Notes: generated by a model from the sequence alone, not told the origin. Counted from the first letter of the stretch, positions 23,404 through 37,800 are shown. The stretch: 64,000 nt of DNA from Haplodiscus bocki (GCA_965655095.1 OZ296653.1:70432001-70496000), one strand, 5' to 3'. Numbers and translations: made by a program.

Positions 23404-26221
23404 CATCGGAAGTTGTGATGCAAAATCAACTTCCTATCTTAATACACAGAGTTACAACATCTCCCAATTTCCATAAAAATGATCCAGTAAATTTCGAACA
23501 GACATCATTATAAACTAAAGAAAATTCTAAGGAACTTCTCTTTCGACCACAATTTGTGATTTTCAGTTGCTTTTGAGTATTACGCAATTATATGTAGCGT
23601 TTCAAAAATAATGGTCAAACAAAAGTTTTTTCTGGTACTTTTGTACGTGCTTTATTCATTCAACGCGATAACAGTGACTGCTGGAACCTGGTCGACTTTG
23701 CATGGAAGTTTTGCAAGTTTTTACAAGATGCATGTGGTTTTATGTGCATGAAATTTTGACTGCAGCACGGAATTTTTCAAATTTTTTCACGCAACTTATA
23801 AAATCTAAATGCAGCAGACATATTTCATTTTTCACAAAATTTTCCCGGCACTTTTCCAAATATTACATGCAACCAAAAATTTGCATGGTGATAATTTATT
23901 TATTTCACGGATTTCTTCTTGTGCCCCTGGAAGGTTTCATACGCAACAGATGTTTCTCATTTGATAAAATAGGACATTTCAGCAATATGTGAGCGAATTT
24001 TTGATCAAAAAACAAAATTTTTGGAAAAAGAATACTGACTTGAAAGGTATTACCTAATTGAGATCGTACATATACATCATTAATAAAGTGTCGTCAGAGT
24101 GTCGGCGATAGGTTGTTTTTATTTCTAACTGTTTGTAGAGAGATGACAAATAACTAGTATTACTTTGCTCAGGTAAAGTAGTGATTAAAAGAAATTGGGA
24201 AAGTGAATTCAGATAAGTTCTGCCAATATTTTGCATGAAAATTTTGTAAAACTCTTGCATGTTGCAGGCTATTTTTGTAACATTTTTCTATGCAAGATTC
24301 CTGAAATTAATGTTTACTGAAAAATCTTCCCTGCGTGCATTCATCCAACATACCAAAAGTTCATACAGGCTCGACTAGGGAACCAAAAAAATATGAACGG
24401 ATCTTCAAAGTGTCTTGGATAGATTGAAAATTCAATCTGCTGATCTGCTAATAGCGTTTGCTAGTTAACTTTAATGGATTCACGAAACCGACGAAGTGTT
24501 TTTTTAATCTGCAAGTGACACAATTTGAAAAGTAATGGCTTTTTCGAAATAAAATATCTTCTGGGGTTTCGTTAAAGTTTGTTAGGATTTTATTACAGAC
24601 CTTTTATTCCATAAAATTTGATAAAAAGCACCTTATAGAAGTCTCTAAGGACACAATGCTGAGAAAATATTCTTTCGGATATCGAATATTCATTCAATCA
24701 CTGTGGGCAGCGCCAATTTAGGTCAAATGAATATTTCATCTTAACTAGCGTTATGTGATTTGGGACGGGGATTTATTGGTTTCTCACTGAAGTAGGTTGC
24801 AAATGGCAACTGACATTCAGTCAACTTGAACAATGTTCCAAAGAACAAAAGCTTTGCGTTTTCAAGTCCAAGCAAACCTAATTTCATTTATGAAATCCTA
24901 CAACACAAAATTGGAAGTCAAAAAGTTACCTGCTCTGAAATTTTTTGAAGTTTGGTTCAAAAATGGAGTTAACTTGAATCAAAGAGAAATAAACCCCTGA
25001 CAAGGTCTATTTTATCAAAATCTCCATCATTTCTGCGAAAGTTCAGGGTTGTTATATAAATCGATAAATTGATATCGATTTTCTGCTGCCAAAAGGGTTT
25101 GAATTGTGCCTCAGTCAAATCAACTGCCGTAAAAGTTTTATGAACTCAGAAAAAGCGGCACTTTTAAGTATGTTAGCAAGCATTTAAAAATCATTGGGTC
25201 ATGTTTAAGAAAAAAAATTCACAGCCCCATTTCTTTCATGAACAAGTTCATACAAGAGTTGCGTGATATTTAGACTTGGTAAAACTCAGACAATTGCAGT
25301 CTCGAAGTCATGCTTTAAGCAACATTCAAAATCAGTCCCTAATCCACCTTGCGTATTCTCTTGTTACGACAATTTGGTTTATTACTCGCTCTTATTGAAC
25401 TCTGGCGAAGCTCAGATCAAAGAATATTTGCAATCAAATTACACGCATCCCTGAGGAGACATCAGAAAAATACTTAATTCGCTTGGAAAAATTAGTTGAC
25501 GAAGAAATCCTTTTACTATTAGGTTGTTCATTAAATTGAATTATAATTTTGTTTGAATGTCTAGACTAAGTTCATTACTTTTTGAGTCTCGAACCCCGCC
25601 AACTTCATTGCTGATCGATTACATGTATTTGAGGCACGTTGTTGACCAGTTTCCAAAAGTGGAATGAATTCATTAACTGTTAACTGTGTCGTGATGGCAT
25701 AAAAAAACATACTCATATTAATTGTTGACAAACATTGAAAAACTAGAAAGGTGCCGCATTTATAGTTAACCATGAATAATGGAGCATTAAAATTTCAATT
25801 TACCCAAGTTGATAAAGTCGATTAATACATTATTAAAAACACTTTACCGTTTTTATAACAAACTGAATCTTTAAAAAAAATAGATCCAAATTTGAATGAA
25901 AAATGGGAACATTACAGAGAAAATGGAACAATTGCGAACATGGATACGTGCCGGTGTAGAATTTTCAAGAGTGCAAAAGTCACCGTGTTGTAGTTTCAAT
26001 TTATGAGGCGTTTTCACTTTCTGATTTCTCACAGTTTCTGAGGTTTCAAACATAATGAAGGCTGGTTAATCAACCCTTATCGAAAACATAAACAAGATAG
26101 ATAGGGCTGAGAAACTAACAAACAATATGACTATGAACACCATCAATCTTCGATAGAAATTAATCAGAAGAATATTGGTACTGATTAACCTAAGAAAAAA
26201 CTGATCAGCTTTCCGAAAATC

Positions 26222-26225
<4 letters not shown>

Positions 26226-26255
<30 letters not shown>
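26226..26255 (+). repeat. (TC)n microsatellite
   Basis: Direct observation. Confidence 0.95.
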
Positions 26256-26256
<1 letters not shown>

Positions 26257-27266
26257 ACCCTTTGAATCCACCTGCACGAGAATACTGCAAACTAACTCCG
26301 CGGTCTTTAGGTTGTGAACCCACCACTAAACATATATAGAGGAAAATAAAAGGTATGGAGGAGTCACCAGAGATCAGAGTCGAGGGAGGGGGGCTATAAT
26401 CAGATAATCAGACTGACCCGAATTTTGCATACTCAAATTTTGAACACATTTGCAACTAAGCGATGGAGTAGCACGTACATCATGTTCGCAAATAATGCCG
26501 AACTATAGTTATGGGTATCACAAAACTGGCAAGAATAAGTGGTAAGGGAAGCTGTTTCACATCTTAGTTCAGGAATAAGTTTTCACCCTGCTGCGCTCAC
26601 AGAGAAAAGTGTGCCACGGTTGATATCCGACCATTCATCAAATAATATTCTTAATGATCACAAACCTACTAATTCAGACGTTATTTTAACCTATTTAGAC
26701 GTTGCTAAATCTATGGCGGAACAGAAGTGTCGTCTTCGGAAGCTTAAGAAAATGCATTTGGAGTGTTAAACGTAATACACGAAAAATATCCAATGGAAAA
26801 CTTGCAGAGCGACAAAATTTTTACTCCATGGTCGAGAGTAGAGAAACCCCATTCAATGAATACGACTAATCTATCAAGTGTGACTTTTGGATATTTGACG
26901 CTGATTTTTAGGTCTTTGGTTCTAAACCAAGGTTCTTTTAGGTCTTGTCGTTTTTGGCTACGTGGCTACGTCGTTTTCGTTTTGGGTGTACATGCTCTGC
27001 TTCGCTTATGTTCGTTATTTTTTTAGTTATCGCCTTTTAATGATTGCTCAATGATTGCTCAATGATTAATCTCAATGATTGCTTATATCAATAAAAACTG
27101 AATCAAATCTCGAAAGAAATCGCTCAGTTATAGAACCATCAAATAATATTTTCTGGACTCAAAGAAAGATTGATAGTAAGACTCAATTAATTAAAGCTTG
27201 TTTTTAAACGGTGCTGAAAAAGCCTACTCTTGCATTAAGTTTTCAAGGTCGCATCGAAATTTTCTC

Positions 27267-27406
27267 TTTTTTAGTCGGCGCGTGTAAACAAACCCGACTG
27301 TTTGCGCGACTTTATTCAAGCCGGTTATACTCACAGATTTTATTGGTCACGTCAGTGGCCACTACGTATAATATACCGCGCCGACTTGAGCCGTTACAGC
27401 CTTGTT
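27267..27406 (-). mobile_element. ~140-bp mini HINE-like element with subterminal inverted repeat
   Basis: Starts AACAAGGC on the minus strand; AGTCGGCGCG (27273-27282) / CGCGCCGACT (27377-27386); A/T-run end. Confidence 0.5.
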
Positions 27407-29275
27407 ATTTTTCGCCGTATATGTAATATACAAGAAAAATTCTTCATTCAGTAGGGTCGTTTTTCTTTTTTTTATCTGACCAAACTGCCAACTCTTTTTA
27501 TTCGAAAATAAATGACAGCGGTAGGCTTAGGACAACAAGCTTCTCAAGCAGTAGGTTCGGGGTTCGAGTCACTACCCTGCCAAAAACTTTTAAGATTTAT
27601 CCCGAACATTTTTCGATACCCGAAATTAGTGAAATTCTAAGGGGTTCCCTTACAAAAATTTTCGGCACTGTGAGACAAAAAATTTTGGACGGTAAATCTT
27701 GATACTACCCCCCCTCTTATCCATAAACTTTTTGGACCCCGGAAATTTTCTGAATCACAGCCCAGAACGGTTCCCCTGCAAAGTTTTTCGGTACTGCGAG
27801 ACAAAAAAAAATTCGACGAAAAATTGTGACATAACCCTCTTAAGCATAAAATTTTTCGATACCCGAAATCAGTGACACCCTAAAGTGTTCCCTTACGAAT
27901 TTTTTGGCACTGTGAGACAAAAAATTTTCGACAGAAAATCGTGATACTCCCTCCCTCCTCCCCCCCCCCCCTCTTATCCATAAATTTTTTCGATACCAGA
28001 AATTTTGTGGAACACAGAAGGGTTCCCCTACGAAGTTTTTCGGTACTGTGAGACAACAAATTTGTGACGGAAAATCGTGGCACTCCCTCGCCCCCCCCCT
28101 CTTAAGCATAAAACTTTTCGATGCCAGAAATTTTCTGAAACACAGAAGGGACCCCTAACGAAATTTTTCGGTCATGTGAAACAAAAAATTTCCGATAAAA
28201 CCATGATGCCCCCCTCCTATGCATGAAAACTTTCGATAAGGGAATTTTTTGAAAGAGAGAATTTTCTCGGCACTGTGAGACCAAAAACATTCATCGGAAA
28301 ATAGTGATTTGCCCTTCTTATGCATAAATTTTTATGAAACCCCATTTTTTTGAAACATTGAATGGTTCCCCCACGGAATTTTTCGGCACTGTGAGACAAA
28401 AACAGTTTCGACGGAATAACCTAATACAACCCCCATCTGTTATCCATAAACTTTTTTCCAAACGAGAAAATTTCTGAAACACAGAAGGGACGCATTTGAA
28501 GTTTTTCGGTCATGTGAAGCAAAAAAAGTTTCGACAAAACCATGATGCCCCCCTCCTATGCATGAAAATATTCAATACCTGAATTTTTTCGAAAGGCAGA
28601 TTTTTTTGGCCCTGTGAGGCAAAAAAATTCAACGTAGAATAGTGATATCCCCTTCTTATGCGTAAAATTTTTCGATACCCGAAATTTTCTGAAACATTGA
28701 TGGTCCCCATGAAGTTTTGGCGCACTGTGAGACAAAAAATTTCAACGGAAAGAATGATATCACCTTCCCCATCTCTTATCCATAATTTTTTTCACAGTAG
28801 AAAATTTTTGAAACACACAAGGGATCTCTTACGAAGTTTTTCGGTCCTGTGAGACAAAAAAGTTTCGGCAAGACCTTGACGCCCCCCTCTTATGCGTAAA
28901 ACTTTTCGATACCAGAAATTTTTTGAAACACAGAAGGGTCCTCCTACGAAGTTTTTCGGTACTGTGAGACCAAAACTCTCCGTCAGAAAATCGTGATATC
29001 CCCCTATGCATTTTTTTTCGATACCCGAAGTTTCCTCTTACACCGAATTGTTTCAACAAAATTTTTTGGTACTGTAAGACAAAAAAAATTGAACGAAAGT
29101 CGTGATATCTCTTCTTTTGCGTAAAATACAGAAATCAGTGGTGGCATTGACGTATGTAGAAAACATTCAAAAACTAGATTTTAAACTGTGATCTCGTTTT
29201 TAACTGTTTGCAAATGTTGATCAAAAAATTTGTATTCCGGCGTAAAATATGCCGGTGCTAGCCTACCGTCTTGTT
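27406..29275 (-). mobile_element. Non-autonomous Helentron/HINE(DINE-1)-like element with central tandem array
   Basis: Terminus AACAAGACGG(T/C)(A/C)GGCTAGCACCGGCATATTTT; subTIR TATTTT(T/A)CGCC / GGCGAAAAATA; inverted short copy at 31677-32143. Confidence 0.6.
27610..29130 (+). repeat. Tandem array of about 13 diverged ~100-135-bp units
   Basis: Recurrent TTTTCGG(C/T)ACTGTGAGACAAAAA...CCCCCTCTTAT...TTTCGATACC...GAAACACAGAAGGG. Confidence 0.92.
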
Positions 29276-30196
29276 TATATAAATTAGATCGACTTCTTTA
29301 GAAATATAGTTTTTTTAGGACTATTGCAGGATAGTTAAAAATGAAAACATACAAGTCCTCAAAACCACCAAACACCAAAGAACCAAAGATCAACCATACA
29401 ATTGTTTTTGGTACTAGGATGCAAATTTTTGGCAAAAAACCGTGATCTTCCTTTGGTGAATAAAATGTTTCGATACCAAAAATTTTCAGAAACACCAAAG
29501 GGTGGCCGTCATTGAATTTTTTGGTACCACGAAGCAAAAGCTTCTCCAAATAATATTATGATAAATCATCGATCGTTTACCCAAGTTTTTATCGTGCAAC
29601 TATAATGAAATCATGCAATTGAAGTCTACGTAATTTCACTTTTTTGGGAAGAGATCCAATTCAGTAAGCGTCTCCCCGAAACTTTGCGATGAGTTCTTTC
29701 AACTTGTTTCTCGTTAAAAAGTAGCGGACCACCACATCGATATAAATTAACAAAATTGTTTCGATAAATGGCGTCTAGACTGCATTATATACCACTGTCA
29801 GCGCCAAAGACTTTGATACTCTAAAACTCGAACATTTTTCATTTTTTTTTTCAAGTTCTTTGAATAGCTCAAACAATTTTCACCATGGCCGTCAACCCAG
29901 GTATTCTTATACAGTGTTTTAAAATTTAAAAATCGTTACCTTTTTCGAAATTTCAATCTCCTTCTTGTTTAAAATCAGGCCTTGCACGAATAGCAAAAAT
30001 AGAATTCGCACGTGTGTTCGTTCGGTTTTCTCAATTATTTTCTGGTTACAAAAGGAAAAAAATTAATTTAAAAACTTAGATGAACTGGAATTTTGAGATG
30101 AAAGTTGATGTCTCTGCTCACCATTCCTTTTTTATTATATGATTAAGAAGGAAAATGAGCAGAAAAATCAATTTTTCTCATAAAAATCCTCATGAA

Positions 30197-30306
30197 AATC
30201 TGTCAATCTGCCTTGCAAAAGCCGCTTAATGCACCGTGTGTTCGATATACATGTATATCAAACACACGGTGCATTTAGCTGCTTCTTCAAGGCAGACTGG
30301 CAGATT
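30197..30306. repeat. 110-bp near-perfect spacerless palindrome
   Basis: Symmetric about 30251/30252 (GATATACA|TGTATATC), pairing out to AATCTG/CAGATT. Confidence 0.9.
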
Positions 30307-31676
30307 CTTCCATAATTAGATTCAATTTTAAATGGAAAATGAAAGACATTCATGCTTTTGTACTTTTAATACACCATTCAAATTTTAGGTCGTCATGTAG
30401 CACTGCATCATGACTCAAAAGCAACCAGTAATTGACCTTCTGCCGCAACCGCGTGAACTAACAAATTGCTTCGTTTGAAGATAAGCACTTCTATTGAATC
30501 AGGTCTCTATGAATGTGTTTCGGTGATGAGCGATGGAGCTTTGAAGTATCAAAAATGGGCAATTCGCTCTGGGACAATTTGACGTGACTTTAAGGATCTA
30601 TAATGAAGACATTTGATCTCTGAGATGCTCTTTTTTTATTTTAACCCTTTTGATAGATAAGCCTGTCATTAAGTCGAATTTAACAATTGATAATGTGGTA
30701 ATCACCTGAAATTGCCCCTTTTAGTGTTTCGTAGTTATGCATCACTGTTAGTGATAAACCAATCTGTACATTCATCATAGATGATAGACACAAAACAGAG
30801 CCAGACGTTACTGCCAGACTGGTTGCATGGCTGCCGGACCGTGAGCTAGACCTTGGTCCCTTATCAAACAGGTTCACGTTGCAGTCGAACTCTGAAGTTG
30901 GAACACGGGCACCATATAAAGTTCACAAAGTGAACCTTTCAACGTGGCTACTGGAGGCCCGAGGGCGTTGGAGCCCATCTTTGAGAGCCAATAGGTCTGC
31001 GAGCTTGGTTTCAATGCAAAAGGGATTCCGAAACCATGTTCAGATAATTTCAGCAACCATAGGAAACGAAAGTGGACCAATATGTCGAAACTAAATGAAA
31101 ATCAAACTGAGTCAACCGAGCATAAAAAATCATTGTTTTAGAAACTGTATCAACTTCAAGGTGATTTTTTTATCTTTTACTTTCGCTTCTCAAAGCAATA
31201 CTTGTGTATGATGGCTCTTTAGAACTCTAGTCCCTATAGTACATCCATTACTTTTGAGGTCTCATAAGAAGAATGTGCGTCATCGAGCACCTGATTACGA
31301 ATGCTTGTTTCACTGGGCATTTTAGCTTTGAGACTAATTAAGAAGTTTCAGACTACTATGTAGTGGCATCAAAACTTGTAGGTGGAAACTGGTTGCAGCC
31401 GTAACACGGCCTCCAATAACAAACAAAGCTTGTAATTAGAGAAATTTGTAGCCTTGTTGGTAGTTGGAAGCCTAACAAAATTTTCCAGTGACAAAAATTT
31501 TTGAGCAATTCTGAACTAGATTGTCTGACACAATTTCATTAAAGATTGATGAGTTTCGGTAGCACGTGATTTCTGCAAGCTGTAGCCCTGACACATAGGT
31601 TTTCATTGGAGTTCCACTTGGTTGCTAAGCTTCAAATTATAAAGCCACGTCAAATATTTCAGCCCATTGAATGAGA

Positions 31677-32143
31677 CAACAAGACGGCCGGCTAGCACCG
31701 GCATATTTTTCGCCCAACTACAAACATTTTGATCAACTTTTGCAAACGGTTAAAAACAAAACAACTGTTTTGATATTAGTTTTCAAATAGTTTTTACGAA
31801 CATCAATTCGACCACTGATTTCTGTACTTTATGCAAAAAGGTATCACGATTTTCCGTTGAAAAGGTTTTGTCCCACAGTGTCGAAAAATTTCGTTGGGGA
31901 ACCCCTTAGTATTTCACTAATTTCGGGTATCGAAAAATGTTAGGGATAAATCGTAAAAACTTTTGGCAGGGCAGTGATTCGAACCCCGAACCTACTGCTT
32001 GAGAACCTTGTTGTCCTAAGCCTACCGCTGTCATTTATTTTTGAATAGAAAGAGTAGGCAATTTTGGTCTGATAAAATAAAAGAAAAACGACCCTACTAA
32101 ATGAATAATTTTTCTTGTATATTACATATACGGCGAAAAATAA
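31677..32143 (+). mobile_element. Short copy of the HINE-like element (about one repeat unit)
   Basis: Same termini and tRNA-like block as 27406-29275, in opposite orientation. Confidence 0.7.
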
Positions 32144-34864
32144 AAATGTGAATCCATTTCACGTTGAAAATTATACTGTAGTCTGTCAACAACTCTGATG
32201 GCGTCCGAGTAGAAAATGTTGAACAAAAATGAACTAAGTGGTCACACTAACAGATCAACCAAAAAAGCACATGGCTGTCTAAACGAACAGAAATTTTTGC
32301 GTGCCAAATTCTTTGCTCTAGTAACCCATCTGCTGATAACTGGTAGCTCAAAAAATTTTTTACGAAATGTTACTTTTTTAGCTGGAAGGCGAAAAAATGA
32401 GCCCATGAAAGGAAAAATTCCAGAATACTTGTCTCATAAATGAAGAGAAAAACCAAATTTATTTAAAAGGGTTTTGTTCAGCACTCCATTGAATGTCTAA
32501 ATTTTTTTTCCAAAAAGATTGAGTCAGTTAAATAATTACAAGACAACAAATTTCTAAAGTGGGAAAATGAATTGATTCTTCTTCATTGACAGGTGCTTTT
32601 CGAGCTAAAAACTACCAACATACCGTTCCTCACAAAAATTTGAACTTTGGTCGGAATTGACCAATAATTGCGACCAATCTTATTGATTGGTTCGAATCTT
32701 ATTGATTCCAAGTAAGTCTCTCAGAGCTCAATCTGTGCTGAAACTTTCAGTAGTCATATGCATGTCCAACCAGTTGAATCCATTTACCACCACATTTTTC
32801 AAAATGCCATGCAAAAACTTTTCAAAAATGAACACGTATTTTATAAAGTATTTTCATATAGTGGAAGTTTTGGCAATCTGACATCATGGACAGCTTTTCA
32901 GTATCTTTACGTCATTTCTACTATACACATGTGTATCTTAGACTAGAAACTGTTATGTAGTTCAAGGAGTGACTTGGTACCCAAAGGTTTAAACAAATAT
33001 ATTTTTGTCTTTGTTTCAGCAAGGTGACGTAATTTGTTTTATAATCATGAAAAAAGTTCAAGCAACCATATCATCACAAATTTAGAGATCAATCAATGTT
33101 GGATAAAAGCAAAACATCAGTGCTAAAAATAGTGGTGATGCTATACCGATATAAAGATTTTAACTTCTCAATCAAATGAAAAAAGGATGACACAGCAGAA
33201 AAATCTAACGGTTCATATCTTCATATCATTTCACGTGCTTTAGACCACAAATAAACCGGAACCGAGAGCAACTTTTCCAAAACATTCATTCCGTTGATTT
33301 ACTACTTAAGAATCTCATCTTATACTTTAACTGTCGTCTTTTGACTTGCTAAAATTTCTTTTTTTTTCAATTTTTCGAAATATTCCTCAAGTTTTTCCTA
33401 GCTTTGGTAATTATCTTGTCTTAGACTATTTTCCTACTCTAACTCGAGGGTTAACCCAAAAAATATTTAGCTTGCAATGGTCTCCATAACTAAACAGGGG
33501 TGAAAGAAGAGTGTAGGGGACTCGGCTTAGTAAAAAAATAGTTCATCCAGTTCAGATGAGAGGGTGATCACTGAGTTAGAAACAACTCTGATTGAAAATG
33601 CCGCAACTGGAACTAGAGTCAAGTAAGACGAACGTTATCAGCGTCAATTCAGAGTGACAATAACTTTCAAAATTTGTCGCAAAGAATCAATGGTAAGGTT
33701 CAAGATGAACTAGAGAAGAATTCAAAACTTGAGTGTAGCATTTGATGGTCTTAAAGATAAATCAAGCAAAAAGTTGTCAGATTTAGGTTAATCAGGAAAT
33801 GTATCCGCGAATCGATTCAAAAATCCTCAAACACAAGGTCAGATAATCTTCTTGATCGTGGGATTATTTTTCCTCAATGAGTCTCCGAAACACCTTCGAG
33901 CGAGAAAGAGGATTATCACAGTAAATATTTGCTCGTCCACAGTGACTTTAATACTACATTATGGTGAAATTTCGGGTTGTTTTCAGATTTCAAATGTTCT
34001 CGCAAACTTTGAATGAAATCAAGTTTATAGTACTTCTTTGGTGGTAACATTTTATACAACTGAAATTGTCTCACTTTTCAGGTATCACCCTGAACTATAG
34101 ATCTTTCCAATAACCTTTACAGCTCGATTATTTGCAATAATGATTCTTAGAAACTAGGCATAAAATTCTAGAAATTGCGAGTGACACAAATACAGCACAT
34201 TCCTAAATGCTGGTTGCTTGAAAAAAATAATGTCAATGGTGTCAACCACAGCAAGATGTTATTGGAAGATGGTGAATGGCAATGCAGCCGTAATACCTCA
34301 AGTTGCAAAAACTAAAATAAAAAGTGGAGCGAAAGTGCCCTAACTCACATAACAATGTGCAGACGGAACAAATGAACTCGAGGGATCTCTTCAATCAGAA
34401 ATTGAAAGAATGAAAGATGAAAATGGAGACAGTATCTCATAACCTTGTTCATCTTGCGACTCGAGAACTTGTCAAAAGAGTCCTCAGGTGTTTTTCACTG
34501 CTGCCAACAGATAGTGGACGCCGAATTTCTCTAAATTCTATTATTTTTCGTCAAACGTGTCTTGACGCAACATTGATGATTGAATTGATTGACGGCTTTA
34601 GAAGAAAGACAAGTGATATGTGTGAAAGACAAAGGAACTTGCTATCCAACTTCTAACTAATATACAATAGTTTCTTTTCCGGGAGATTATTCAAAGTTTT
34701 CCAAATAAACCTAGCAATTGACGGCTATGGATATATTCTAGGGTAGTAAAGCCTTTTGTTTGCAGCATTTAGGTCGCATGATAATTGTGAGAGCAATGAC
34801 AGAAAAATATGAAATCACAAAATTCACATTGAAAAATAATGAATCTCAGATGAAAGCCAGTCCT

Positions 34865-37800
34865 TATTATTTTCCGTCACATTTTTTAAACATGTAAGAA
34901 AAATTATAAATTCAGAAGGGTCGTTTTTTTTAGTCTACTTTTGCCAACTTTTTTTGAAAAATAAATTTCAGCAGTGGAGCTAGGTTAAACATATCTCAAG
35001 CAGTGCTTTCTCTCTCGAATCTCTGTCTTAGCATATATCATTATGATTTCATTGGCATTTGTCGGAGTTTCCAATGGTTCTCATGGGACAGTGGGTAGGG
35101 CAACAGAGTCTTGAAGCGCTAGGTTCGAATCCCAGCATTTACCGGCTTAATAATCTAAAGCATGCAAATGCAGTCTATGCCAAGCACAGGCAGGTACTCA
35201 CAAACACCAAAAATACCTTCCAAGAACAATTTCGATACTGTTACACAAAAGTTCTCGACGAAAAATTGTGATACTTCTCCTATGCAACATTGTTCGACGA
35301 CAAGAACTTCCAAAAACACATCGAAAAATTTCAGTACTGTCAGACCGAAAACTTTTGGCGAAAAATTGTTATAACCCAATTTCACATGGTTTTTTGGTAG
35401 CAGAAATTTTCAGAAACACCAAAAAAGACCCTCACGAATTTTTGCTCGCAGACAAAAAGTTTTCGACATTTTTTAGTGATAAACCCTTCTATGGTTTACC
35501 AAAAATTTTCAACAGGACAAATAGGCAGCGCCAGAAATTTCTATAAATACTAGAAACTACCAGAAGTAACAAAAAGGCTCTCTTACATATTTTTCTGTAC
35601 TGTGATACTGTGAGTTGAGAAGTTTTTGACGCTTTCTGTTGACACCCTCTATGGTTTACCGAAGTTTTCGGGCCGCAAAGATGAGAAACGTTGATTCTGA
35701 CGTGTTCTCAGCTTGTTTCAGTTTCCGTTCATATAATTTCGAGAAGAAAAATGGTCACTCCAGGTGTGAAGTTTCTTTTCTTTTTCCAGAATTCGTGAAA
35801 ACCACGAAAACGCCGTGTTGCAGATTCAACTAGAGGTGGCGTCACCGCAGCTAGGTAGCCGCAACTTACAACTCGCCAACTCTTTTTTCCAGTTGGTTTT
35901 ATGTTTCTTGAAACTTTTCTACTAATTCGATTCTCTGTGTTCCACAAAACAATTCCTTTCGATAAAATTTAAGGTTCTTCATTCCCCGAAAAGAATTCAT
36001 TTTTCCACGAGACTGAATCAAATGAACTCGTTCAATTTGCACAAAGTTCGCCAAAAAACAGACCATTCAATAATTTTAAACTATGCAAATTTTATAACTT
36101 CATTCTTTAAAAAATATCCGATTTGGAAACTTGATACGTTTTCCCCGAGGAGATTCCTCGAGTACCTGTTTTCTATTTTCGTAATTGGGCCTCCAACACC
36201 AAAAAAGCAATCCTTGACCATCTCTCTTGCAACATGTTGTTGTGTACATTCTATAATCCTTAGAGTGAGACCAGGCTCATAAAACATATGGATTTTTTTC
36301 TTCTGGATTATGAAAATCATTTTCCTCCAAAATGACCGAATTGACTTCTTCTACGAAGGCCACAATCGACAATTCCATACATGTAGAAGGCTCTTCGTTG
36401 TCAAAGTACTTCTGTTCAAACATCTGGCATATGAGGCAAGAATCAGTTTTGCGCGAAAAGTGTCGGACCGATACTTTTCTGATTCGAAATTCAAAGCTAA
36501 AGTACTTGAATAATATTTGCTGATTTTCATGTATCAATGTCCTGCTCGTCTATTGTAACCTTGTACAACGGTGTTCAGTTGATAAGTTTCTGCTGATTGA
36601 CTTCTCCAGTAGACACCACTTTGAACAGCATTAGCCACAATTGCGTTTAAGTATGATCATCCTTGATGTTCAAACTCATTTTTGTTCAAAAATATCGGCT
36701 ATGACTGTTCCAACAGTGTCTCACTTGAGAGTTTCTAATTTGCAAAAACACCCTTGAGCAGCAAAATCTCCGTTCTCGGTTCTTGCATCGGAATCTTTTT
36801 GAATGGAATTAGCCGAAGGTTTTGCACAGGATTGATTATTCTCGGGACTCAAACCTGAAAGTTGCCAAAACTACCTGTTACATTTTTTCAACCAATGTTT
36901 CTGTCGACGTTTTTAAATCGTAAATTGCTCCCATACTGTCCAATATTGTGTTTAGTTCCTCGGAACGGCAAACTGATACGACAAAAATTTCAACAAGCCA
37001 ATAATTGTAGAACCGTAAGTGATGAACAGACTCGATTCTTTCCGAAAAAAACGTTCCCAATTAATGCTATCAAAACTTCAATCAACATTTTTTTATATGC
37101 AGACAATCATTCAAAGGTAACGTCTAAGAAAAATTTCATTGTATGGCAACCTTTGGGGGCTGATATAGTTGCGAGTGGTCTCGCTTTCCCAGAAAACGAA
37201 CATACTTTTCTCAGAAACCAGTCGCTGAACTTCATTCATTGAAGTATCAGTCGATTTTTTTCTTTTTTTTTGTAAAAAAAAACAAAGGATTCTCAATTGT
37301 TGTGGTTGGTTCCTGGCAAAGCGACTTTGATAGGCGGTAAGAGCTGAAAGTTGCAATCCGGGCTAATTGTCTTCATATTCAACTTCGAGTTTTTCAAAGC
37401 AACCCGCTGAGTTCTAAAAAAACAACTCAATATGTTAATCAACAACTCGCAAGTAAAAAACATCTTTCAATACTAATATTTTGTAAAATGTTTTTTAAAT
37501 AGGAAACATAAAAAACCGAAAAGCGAGAAAATGCGAAAGATTTCGTTTTTATCCTAAGACTCAAACATTTTGCTTTCCAAAACGTCTGGTGCGTTCGTCC
37601 ATTAGTATGTCAATCGACACTTTTCTACACCTAAAAAGTTACTTGACAGCCAAACAATGCATCTGGTTCCTTGCATCTGAAACTTGATGGGCGAAACTAG
37701 CCAAAAACTGAACATTGGTCTGATTCGTTTTGATAATCAAACTCGGTGTCCCTTCAAGTAACTGTCAAAATTTCTTCCGCCAAGGTCTCAATGAACAATT

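Noticed and set aside
27517-27582. Functional tRNA gene (also ~35090-35140 and ~57772-57840)
   Set aside because: B-box present but no consistent acceptor, D or anticodon stems; embedded in repeats.
27610-29130. CRISPR-like array
   Set aside because: Whole units are mutually homologous (no unique spacers), the context is eukaryotic, and there are no cas genes.
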